Shown: positions 27,009 to 34,607 of the stretch, one piece after another | Layout: every line of letters begins with the position of its first letter | Position numbering within the stretch: position 1 is the first letter of the stretch | Assembly: GCA_003513005.1 (NCBI GenBank) | Contig: DOTD01000073.1 | Location: 22,110-86,109, forward strand | Direction: 5' to 3' | Length of the DNA: 64,000 nucleotides | From: Desulfotomaculum sp. | GTDB taxonomy: Bacteria; Bacillota; Desulfotomaculia; Desulfotomaculales; Nap2-2B | Translations under genes and position numbers: made by a program | The notes under the pieces: generated by a model | Seen by the model: only the letters and a program-made list of their open reading frames with translations | What the model was told of the DNA's origin: nothing | Databases searched by the model: none

Positions 27009-27857
27009 TCATTTTCCTATGTTCGCTGCTACCTTGAGCAAGTCGAGAATATTTACCTGACCGTCACCGTTTACATCCGCTTTTGCCGCATCTCCAGACG
27101 CAGGTCCCATTACCGAGGCCATCCAGAGCAGGTCCAGGATATTTATACCGCTGTCGCCGTTCATATCACCCAGATACAAGGTTACTGTCCCGGCGCCGGT
27201 AGACCCGCTTTCTTCCACTGTTACAGTCTTGGTGGTCGTTTTCCAGCTCCCGCCTGTGTGGCTGAATTCCAGCGTGCAACTACCGGCTGACACACCTGTA
27301 ACCGTATATGACCCGTCGGCGGCCGTGACAAATGTGCCGACAACCGATCCTCCCTGTGTAGCCTTCACTTGCGTACCCGAGTCGTCCGCCGGCACTGACG
27401 TACTGATTCTTTGTAAAACGGCAAAGCCGTTTATTGAGATGTTGGGGATAGTCAGGTTTGCCTGCCTTATAGTGAACATTGAGCCCTGGTAAAGTACTGT
27501 TGTTACTGGGCTGGTCTGCGCTGTATAGATAACGGCGCCGATTTTCACTTTGAACTGGATCTGCTTACCGATGTCATTGGCTGTACCATTGACTATCAGC
27601 TTTTCTACAAAAGGATCGCCTACCGGAATGCCGTACTGCCCGTTTTGGAAGGCTAACTCCCCTCTTTTTTCGCCGTCTATATAGGCCTCTATAGTCCCGC
27701 TTGGAACTGGATTATTCAGATCGTCTTTAACTTGCCCATAGAAGCGATCAAAAGTACCGACTAGCTCATCCGCATAGACGGCGCCGGCAAAACCCAGTAT
27801 GAAAACTAATAACAAATAAACAAAAAGAACTTTTTTCACCCAAACCGATCCCATCAT
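27009..27857 (-). CDS. Secreted dockerin protein: shared N-terminal beta module, a CarboxypepD_reg-like domain, then a dockerin
   Basis: Start chosen at ATG 27857 (SD GGGTGGTGG). The C-terminus reads GDMNGDSGINILDLLWMASVMGP..ADVNGDGQVNILDLLKVAANIG. Confidence 0.7.
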   Translation of the reverse strand: MMGSVWVKKVLFVYLLLVFILGFAGAVYADELVGTFDRFYGQVKDDLNNPVPSGTIEAYIDGEKRGELAFQNGQYGIPVGDPFVEKLIVNGTANDIGKQIQFKVKIGAVIYTAQTSPVTTVLYQGSMFTIRQANLTIPNISINGFAVLQRISTSVPADDSGTQVKATQGGSVVGTFVTAADGSYTVTGVSAGSCTLEFSHTGGSWKTTTKTVTVEESGSTGAGTVTLYLGDMNGDSGINILDLLWMASVMGPASGDAAKADVNGDGQVNILDLLKVAANIGK

Positions 27858-27867
27858 TTCCACCACC

Positions 27868-29157
27868 CTACTTAATTGAGCCAAGGAGCCTGTCGATCAT
27901 TGCCGCAGCTTCGGCGCGGGTCACATTTTTCCCAGGCTTGAAGGAACCATCCGGATAACCTGTGATAACCCCTTTCTGCACCGTTTGATCAACTGCTTCG
28001 GCAGCCCATCCGGGAATATCGCCGCTGTCGTTAAACTGCGCTTTCTGCACTGTTTGCTGGGCTGATTTTTCGTTTAAAACACGCGCCATGATTGTGGCCA
28101 GCTCAACACGGGTGATTTGCTTCTGCGGCATAAAAACGGTTTTTCCTTCTTTTCCAGGATACCCTTTAAGCAAACCGGCGTGAACCACGGCAGCCACAGG
28201 ATAACCTGCCCATTCCGGGATGCCGGCGGCGTCACTGAATCCGGATATATCCTGGTTGCTTCCGTTTTCCAGGTCCAGAGCCCTGTCGATAATGGCGGCG
28301 CATTCCGCCCGGCTGATTGGGTTATTCGGCCGGAAGGTCTTATCTTCATAACCGGAGATTACACCCTGTCCGGCCATTTTTTGAATTACCGCCGCTGCCC
28401 AGTGCCCCTGGATATCGGATAAGACAACTGTTTGTTGTTCCGGATGACTAATCTTATAATCAAATACAGAAACTGCGCTGAAGAGATTGTCTTTTAACGA
28501 AACTGCCTTAATTACAGTGTCTTGACTAATGCTGATGGGCTCTTTGTATTCTTTTCTGGCGCTGCTGGTCTTAGGATCGGTACTGTCGGAAGTGAAGTAG
28601 ATTACTGTCTGGGCAGTGGAACAGGACAGCTCAATTTTGACGTTTTCTGCGTATGTTCCCGCTGCCGGACTGGCAGCCGGAGAGGCGGGCGCCTGCGTTG
28701 AGCCCTGTCCTCCGGAACCTCCGCCCTGCTGACCTGAACCGCTTGAGGTATAATTTACAGTGATCAGCAGCCGCGAATCCAACCCTTCGAAGCCGCCATC
28801 CTTAAAAGTGATTTCCTTTTCTGCGCCGGCATTATATTCTTTGCCGTCAATTACAGCTTTAAAACTGATTGCTTTACCAATGTCGCTGCTGTCAATAGGG
28901 GTTATGTTCGCCTTATTTGCCTGATCCAGCGAAATATCAACCTGCCCGCCGGCAACAGCCGCATCGGTTACATATTTGTCTCCAATAAATACTTCCAGGC
29001 TTCCCGTGTTTACGGCGCTTCCTTTCTGGTCAACCACTTTGCCCAAGATCACCATTGGCATCAAGGGCATTTCCGCCGCCAGCGCCGTATAAGCAATACC
29101 GAACAAGAGCAGGAAGCACAGCAATACAGCAGTCAGTTTGTTTGTTGCTTTTTTCAG
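27868..29157 (-). CDS. SLH-anchored surface protein: shared N-terminal beta module, a Gly/Ser/Gln linker, a chitobiase-C-terminal-like (Fn3-associated) domain, then three SLH repeats
   Basis: The track start (TTG at 29124) gives no charged n-region and has no SD. An in-frame CTG at 29157, 6 nt after AAAGGAGGAG, gives (M)KKATNKLTAVLLCFLLLFGIAYTALA/AE, a textbook signal peptide. Confidence 0.7.
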   Translation of the reverse strand: MKKATNKLTAVLLCFLLLFGIAYTALAAEMPLMPMVILGKVVDQKGSAVNTGSLEVFIGDKYVTDAAVAGGQVDISLDQANKANITPIDSSDIGKAISFKAVIDGKEYNAGAEKEITFKDGGFEGLDSRLLITVNYTSSGSGQQGGGSGGQGSTQAPASPAASPAAGTYAENVKIELSCSTAQTVIYFTSDSTDPKTSSARKEYKEPISISQDTVIKAVSLKDNLFSAVSVFDYKISHPEQQTVVLSDIQGHWAAAVIQKMAGQGVISGYEDKTFRPNNPISRAECAAIIDRALDLENGSNQDISGFSDAAGIPEWAGYPVAAVVHAGLLKGYPGKEGKTVFMPQKQITRVELATIMARVLNEKSAQQTVQKAQFNDSGDIPGWAAEAVDQTVQKGVITGYPDGSFKPGKNVTRAEAAAMIDRLLGSIK

Positions 29158-29240
29158 TTTTAACTCCTCCTTTTAAGTTGTTTGCGGATGCTTTTTTAAT
29201 CTGGTCACGGATCTACAACTGGTAACCATGACGTGTCGCT

Positions 29241-30263
29241 TTACAGGCTGTCCAGCAAGCGGTCAATCATTGCTGCGGCCTCCGACCGGGTCACTTCTTT
29301 TTGCGGACTGAAGGTACCGTCTGAATATCCTTTTACCAACCCGTACTCAGCGGCGGAGCGAACTTCCTCCCGGGCCCATTCCGGAATCTTGTCCTGGTCC
29401 GAAAAGTTTGCCAGATCGCTGTTTTTCTGCAATCCCTTTTGCGAAGCAGCCCGGCTTAAAATAACCGCCAGTTCCGTCCTTGTAACTTTCTTGTCCGGCC
29501 CAAAGTCCTTGCTTCCGTCGGACACCGGATAACCGGAGAACAGCCCGGCAGCTACCGCCTGGGCGACAGCTCCCTGCGCCCACTCGGGAATTGCGCCTTT
29601 GTCCCCGAACACAGAAAGCGCCTCCGGACCGGCTGCAGGCAAGTCCAGGGCGCGGGACAGGATTAGTGCGCATTCCGCCCGGCTAACCGGCTTGTCCGGA
29701 CAAAAAGTCCCGTCCGGATAACCGCTAATCAGCCCCCGGTTAACCATCCGGCTAATTGAGCCTTCCGACCAGTGACCGGTAAGATCTGAAAAGGGGGTTA
29801 GCTTGCTGACCGACGGATCTTGTCCACCCGGACAACTTTCGTCAACGATCAGGGTGATTGCCTGCTTTGCTTTTGATTCCCAGACAATTTTTGGCGGATC
29901 TGTTTTGGCCGGGCATTCCCGGCCGGCAGATTCCACTTTGAAAGTAACTTCCCTGCCAGTTAGATCCTCGTTTGCTTTGTAAACCAGTAATCTGGCTATG
30001 TAGGGATCTTCGGCGGGCAAACCAAATTTTCCTTCCTGAAAAGGCAACTGCCCGCATATCTCACCGTCGACATAAGCCTTCACCGTTCCTGAAGCCACCG
30101 GCTGCCCCGTCTCCGTCTTCACCATACCGTAATACATAGCAGGATACTGCATCTGCTGCTGGTTCTGACCTTCTTCCGCCAGGGCTGCCGTGCCGATAAA
30201 AAAAACCACCGCAACAAGAGCCAAAGATGTTAAAAACCACTGCTGCTTTAACTTGAGAGTCAT
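29241..30263 (-). CDS. SLH-anchored surface protein: shared N-terminal beta module plus three SLH repeats
   Basis: Signal peptide ..FFIGTAALA/EE. YYGMVKTETGQPVASGTVKAYVDGEICGQLPFQEGKFGLP parallels FYGQVKDDLNNPVPSGTIEAYIDGEKRGELAFQNGQYGIP in the 27009 gene. The SLH repeats read FSDLTGHWSEGSI.., FGDKGAIPEWAQGAV.. and FSDQDKIPEWAREEV... Confidence 0.8.
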   Translation of the reverse strand: MTLKLKQQWFLTSLALVAVVFFIGTAALAEEGQNQQQMQYPAMYYGMVKTETGQPVASGTVKAYVDGEICGQLPFQEGKFGLPAEDPYIARLLVYKANEDLTGREVTFKVESAGRECPAKTDPPKIVWESKAKQAITLIVDESCPGGQDPSVSKLTPFSDLTGHWSEGSISRMVNRGLISGYPDGTFCPDKPVSRAECALILSRALDLPAAGPEALSVFGDKGAIPEWAQGAVAQAVAAGLFSGYPVSDGSKDFGPDKKVTRTELAVILSRAASQKGLQKNSDLANFSDQDKIPEWAREEVRSAAEYGLVKGYSDGTFSPQKEVTRSEAAAMIDRLLDSL

Positions 30264-30294
30264 TGCTTTTTTTACTCCCTGCCTTTTAGAATCG

Positions 30295-30372
30295 GTACCT
30301 TACTCGCGGGAGACAAGCTCCCGCAAGTAAGGTACTGGAAACGATCTTTTTAAAAACAGATGTGCTGTTTTT
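30295..30372 (-). terminator. Double stem-loop terminator region after the 1015-aa gene
   Basis: The minus strand reads AAAAACAG-cacat-CTGTTTTT immediately after the stop. A near-perfect ~18-bp stem follows: GTACCTTACTTGCGGGAG-cttgt-CTCCCGCGAGTAAGGTAC. Confidence 0.6.
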
Positions 30373-33300
30373 TTAAGGCTGGACATCCGCCGATTTCAGA
30401 ATTGTGTTTGAAGTCAGGGTCTGCGGCGAAGTTATATACAGCCAGTATGCGTCACCGTTGAACCCGTATAGCGAGGAGTCTACATAATAGCCGCCATATG
30501 TGTTGCCGTTGACGCTTGCTGCTTCGAAGGCCCCCAGGTTGCCCATTGAATTCGGGGCGCCTTGTAATGTAATAGCCACAGGACCGTACGGACCGGGCGA
30601 GGTAAAGCTGTTCAGACCTTTGCCGCCCCAGTTGACCAGAGTCTTGCAGTCGGCGCAGGCTGATCCCAGCATCCGGGAAAGTGTATCTCCCTGGGTCAGC
30701 GCGTCACCACAGACGCATTCAGTATTCGGCGGGCAGGGGTATGTTACCGTGCCATATGCGGTTGTAAGCTGCTCGCCAGCCCGATAATGAATGTCCTCAC
30801 TAAAGGACGGTCCCACCAAGTTCCAGCCAAGGTTCAGCGGACGCGAACCGGGCATTTCCACACCTGTGGAGCGGGCGAAGACATATCTTGCCTGAACACA
30901 ACTTTCGGAACCGCAATCATTGGATGTGCAGTAACCGCCATTGGTCCAGTCCTGAGTCATATTAAGCACGTAGCCGTACTGCGGCCTCAACTGGTAAGCC
31001 GGGTCAGTAATCTGCGCCCACGGCCCGCCAGGTAAGTTCTTGTCGTAAATCAGCATGTCGGAGAAGTATGATCCGCCCAGCAGGGCGCTCATAGTGCCGG
31101 CGCCGGCCAGTTCCTTCGGTGTGGAAATAAGCTGCCAGGTATTCGGCCTTAATACACGCACCAGTTCAACGGGGCTGTTGTAAGTAATTAGTTTGGTGCC
31201 CCAAACGTGCTTTTCGGGGTCGACAACCTTCACTGCTAACGGACCGCAGTAACTCCACGGCACGTAGACAAAGAAGTCGGACTTGGTCTCATTTATATTG
31301 GGATGGAGGTAGGTGTCATTATTTCCTTTGCTGCCGGCCATGTTAAAGGCCAGCCTGTTGCCATCCGTAAAGGCCTCAAGATCCCAGGAAGCTTCGCTAA
31401 TAACAGTTTGCAGAGACGAATCTAACAGCTCAACACGCAGGGTGGCGGAAGTGCGGTTAGGATCTGCCAGAATCGTTCCGAGTAACCTCGGATCGTAATG
31501 TACAGATATCTTTACCGGCCAACCGGCCTTGGCGGGTTCTTCGTAATTGGGGTCATTGAGGTACTGACTTGGAATCTGATCGCAGGGAACCAGCGGTGTA
31601 ACCTCAAGAATGCATATCAGGCAGTTTACTTCCAGGCAGCAGATTGCATCAAGCTGGTTCACACCGTTGATAATGGCGCCGGCTATAATTCTTACATTAC
31701 CGCCCTCGTCGGCCTTGAAATAGACTGTAACTTCAGATGCGCCGGGCGCGATCTGCGTGTAGTCAATTTCATGCGCTCCCGAGTCATTGCCGTCAAGAAT
31801 TGTGCCGAATGGCGCCTCGGGGTTAATTGTGCCGGTTGGGTCATCGGGGTCACATACTATGCTCTTTAAATCAATCTTCAGAGCGGCTAAATTATCCCCG
31901 CAGGGTACTTTATTCGGCGTTGCGTTGCCAAATTTATCACGCAGGATAATACGCACGGGTACATATGCGCTGCAGTCCACCTGAGTACCTACCTGGGTGA
32001 CGGTGATGTACTTGGGATCGCCGGCCACAGGTAAAATAGTTTCCGGATCGGAATAGACCCAGGCATGTTCAAGAGCTTCTAAATCCTCGTTGAAAAAGCC
32101 GCGGAGGAAATGGTTGTCGTCTGTTTCTCTTACATAGGCCATATCCTCCAGAGACTCCACCGGCACCAGATAGTCGGCGGTGTCAAAGTAGTATTGGACG
32201 CTTGCATCCTGTGGGGTATCTTTAACTTCGATGGTCCTGGCCACGATGCTATGACTTACGCCAGCGACACCCGGGACCACGATCGAAGCTTCGAAGAAAC
32301 CCCTGTCAATAATTAGATGCGTAATGGGATCGGTTACATTGACCGTGTGTGTGATCACAGGCGCAATGCAATCGCCTGAACTGGGATCTTGATGCGTATA
32401 CGGTTCACCAAGGCAGCCATTGTCTACAATATCGCCCAGGTTGGGATCGCTTACACATGCCGGTACAAAGTACGGTGTGCCAGCCGGGCAAAGAGCGCAC
32501 GGCGGGTATACAGGATTGGTAGTTTGCACGACATATTCAATAATAACCGGCCATGTGGTAAGCGGCCACGGGTAATCAAGCCATGTTTCCGTTTGCTGCC
32601 CAAATTCATCCAGGAGGTAACCACCCTCCGTCCTGAATACATGACCTGTGACGTTTACTCTGGCGCCCGCTACTTTACAATCATCAATGGTATCAATAGA
32701 TATCCTGCCAACTGTCAGAACCACATCCAGGTTCAGGCATTTAGGCGTAAAGCAGCTCTTGCTGTGTTTGATATTAACGCAATAATCCTCTTTCGGGGCT
32801 TTCGTGTTGTGAACAACCAGCCTTTCAATCCTAAAGTCGGTTACCTTGCCGATTGCCGGGATTAACTGTCTCTCAACAGTCAGGTATACACGGTCGATTA
32901 CCGAACCGTCACTCAGGGTTATGTTCTCACGAAGGTCCGGTATTACCTTTGTCAGATATTCAACGCCGTTCACTGTAACCCAGACATCTACGGACTTGCC
33001 CTGAAGGCCGTCCAGGTTGTGATCCTCCGGGTCGATTGTCGTGGGAGTGTAAGCCGGGTCAATAGCCTCATTAGCGTCATTTACCGCCGGATCTGCTGCA
33101 GTGCTGTAACGCATCGGGCCAAATGGAAAATCAAGAACTATGCTGTTGAGAGTCGAGCCGTCCGGTGCAGTTGCCAGTTTACCAAGGAGATTGCCCTCGG
33201 CAAAGAGATTCACATCAATATCCATATTTGTGCCCGTGACGGTGTAAGCATAGGTATGGTCAGCCTTAACCACATAGCTCGGGCCGCCGGTTATCGGGTT

Positions 33301-33420
33301 GTCGCCAGCTACCATATTGATGCTCTCGGCAAGGGCTATGCCGGCAAAAATAAAACAGGATAAGGCAATTATTGCCAGGATAACGGCTATTCTGCCCCAC
33401 TTGGTTACCCTTTTTGTCAC
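30373..33420 (-). CDS. Orphan ~1015-aa cysteine-rich secreted protein (one Big_1-like Ig segment; otherwise no recognisable domain or anchor)
   Basis: Start chosen at GTG 33420 (8 nt after AAGGAGGG), giving (M)TKRVTKWGRIAVILAIIALSCFIFAGIALA/ES. I count 26 Cys after the signal peptide, including CXXC-like pairs PPCALCP, ECVCG and SACADC. There is no SLH, dockerin, cohesin or TM anchor. Confidence 0.75.
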   Translation of the reverse strand: MTKRVTKWGRIAVILAIIALSCFIFAGIALAESINMVAGDNPITGGPSYVVKADHTYAYTVTGTNMDIDVNLFAEGNLLGKLATAPDGSTLNSIVLDFPFGPMRYSTAADPAVNDANEAIDPAYTPTTIDPEDHNLDGLQGKSVDVWVTVNGVEYLTKVIPDLRENITLSDGSVIDRVYLTVERQLIPAIGKVTDFRIERLVVHNTKAPKEDYCVNIKHSKSCFTPKCLNLDVVLTVGRISIDTIDDCKVAGARVNVTGHVFRTEGGYLLDEFGQQTETWLDYPWPLTTWPVIIEYVVQTTNPVYPPCALCPAGTPYFVPACVSDPNLGDIVDNGCLGEPYTHQDPSSGDCIAPVITHTVNVTDPITHLIIDRGFFEASIVVPGVAGVSHSIVARTIEVKDTPQDASVQYYFDTADYLVPVESLEDMAYVRETDDNHFLRGFFNEDLEALEHAWVYSDPETILPVAGDPKYITVTQVGTQVDCSAYVPVRIILRDKFGNATPNKVPCGDNLAALKIDLKSIVCDPDDPTGTINPEAPFGTILDGNDSGAHEIDYTQIAPGASEVTVYFKADEGGNVRIIAGAIINGVNQLDAICCLEVNCLICILEVTPLVPCDQIPSQYLNDPNYEEPAKAGWPVKISVHYDPRLLGTILADPNRTSATLRVELLDSSLQTVISEASWDLEAFTDGNRLAFNMAGSKGNNDTYLHPNINETKSDFFVYVPWSYCGPLAVKVVDPEKHVWGTKLITYNSPVELVRVLRPNTWQLISTPKELAGAGTMSALLGGSYFSDMLIYDKNLPGGPWAQITDPAYQLRPQYGYVLNMTQDWTNGGYCTSNDCGSESCVQARYVFARSTGVEMPGSRPLNLGWNLVGPSFSEDIHYRAGEQLTTAYGTVTYPCPPNTECVCGDALTQGDTLSRMLGSACADCKTLVNWGGKGLNSFTSPGPYGPVAITLQGAPNSMGNLGAFEAASVNGNTYGGYYVDSSLYGFNGDAYWLYITSPQTLTSNTILKSADVQP

Positions 33421-33536
33421 TAAGATATCCCTCCTTATAAGAAATAGTAACATCACGCGTGGTAACTTTTCTTTAAAAAACTACTGCTAAACTACTGCCG
33501 CTCTTTCTTCAAACTCCATTCCCTGCCTCTGAGTAA

Positions 33537-33590
33537 CCACCTCCTTCAAAAACTATGATAAACCTTTGCTTAATTACACTTAAGCAAAGG
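33537..33590 (-). promoter_or_regulatory. 5'-leader elements of the 1015-aa gene: a perfect 11-bp hairpin followed by an orphan Shine-Dalgarno-like GAAGGAGGTGG
   Basis: The minus strand reads CCTTTGCTTAA-gtgtaa-TTAAGCAAAGG, then TTTATCATAGTTTTT, then GAAGGAGGTGG. No correctly spaced start codon follows; the nearest ATG is 17 nt away and opens a 10-codon frame. Confidence 0.5.
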
Positions 33591-33614
33591 CAATCAGCAA
33601 GATCTCCGGATCCT

Positions 33615-33644
33615 AAAATACTTATGCTCTTTCTTATAGGTCAA
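33615..33644 (-). promoter_or_regulatory. Candidate promoter for the 1015-aa gene
   Basis: The minus strand has TTGACC, an 18-nt spacer, then TATTTT. This would give a ~190-nt leader. Confidence 0.3.
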
Positions 33645-34128
33645 GAACACCTATATCTGGAAAACATTACCCCAAATAATTCTTCTTATGGCTGCCTGCT
33701 GGGCAAGATCCCTTAATTTACATATCTATCATAACTTCGAGAAATAAATTGGAAATCCTTCTGGAAAAATGATTATTTTGCAGGTAATTTCAACCAGCCC
33801 CCACCCGGAGGAAATCAATGGCGCCGCTCGCTGATAATCGATATCTTTTTCAATCAATCTCCCACACTTTTTATATTGTTTGGACCGGAGGAAATATCAC
33901 CTGAAAAGTTATGAGATACTTTCCTCCTTTACCATTGATCTACTAATCCATACTTATTTAGACACCGACAGTCAGAAAAAAGTTCCAGTTCTTTTAAAAA
34001 ATTTATTGCTGTTTTTACTTTAAAAAGAATTGCTAATTAATTAAACAATTAAACAATCCTGCTTTCAGTTTATTCAGCTCATTTTTTTATATAGCGCCGC
34101 CGCTCACATTTAATTTATTTATAAAAAA

Positions 34129-34554
34129 TTAACCTCCGCCAAGCTGGCGGCCTGGTCTATGGTTTATTAAATCTACGTACAGAATAACCAGGGTAAGGAA
34201 GAAAAGACCGGAAGAAATCAGGCAAAAAACACAGAAACTCTTTAATATCTGTGACTGATAAATGATCAGGGCGGAGCAGATGAATGCGCTAAAAAGGGCT
34301 AAAAGAAGGGCGAAAACCTGACACCACCTGCTTTGCCGGGCAAAGAAGCTGAAAATAACCAGCAAGGCGGCGGCAGATGCGCCCGCAAGGGCGAAAGAAA
34401 CTTTTCTTGCAACAAGCAGAACCGGCTCGCTGCAGCTTCTTGTGTAGCAAAACAACTGTGACAAAGGAGTGAAAAAACCATTGAAATACAGATAAAGCAA
34501 AAGAGCGGCATTCAAAAGAGAAAGCAGCGCAGCCCACATGGTCAAGGGAAGCAA
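34129..34554 (-). CDS. Small polytopic membrane protein, VKOR/DsbB-like thiol oxidoreductase candidate
   Basis: 141 aa with about four TM helices. A loop Cys pair (FCYTRSC) follows TM1, and CVFC sits at the start of the last TM helix, as in vitamin K epoxide reductase homologues. Confidence 0.45.
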   Translation of the reverse strand: MLPLTMWAALLSLLNAALLLYLYFNGFFTPLSQLFCYTRSCSEPVLLVARKVSFALAGASAAALLVIFSFFARQSRWCQVFALLLALFSAFICSALIIYQSQILKSFCVFCLISSGLFFLTLVILYVDLINHRPGRQLGGG

Positions 34555-34607
34555 TAATTTTTTTTCTGAAATCTCAAGTACCCCCTATAATTTTTGAATT
34601 AGCGTGT

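Noticed and set aside
17498-33456. Interpretation of the locus as a genuine cellulosome or plant-polysaccharide degradation system
   Set aside because: No glycoside hydrolase, carbohydrate esterase, polysaccharide lyase or CBM signature is recognisable in any of the nine proteins. Only one cohesin is present, and the host gene content is that of a C1-metabolising spore-former.
33818-33904. 28-codon plus-strand ORF (MAPLADNRYLFQSISHTFYIVWTGGNIT) with a GGAGGAAATCA-ATG context, in the leader region of the 1015-aa gene
   Set aside because: The only support is an SD-like sequence that is part of a local direct repeat (ccggaggaaat). There is no recognisable peptide family or promoter, so I keep it only as a note for Ribo-seq.
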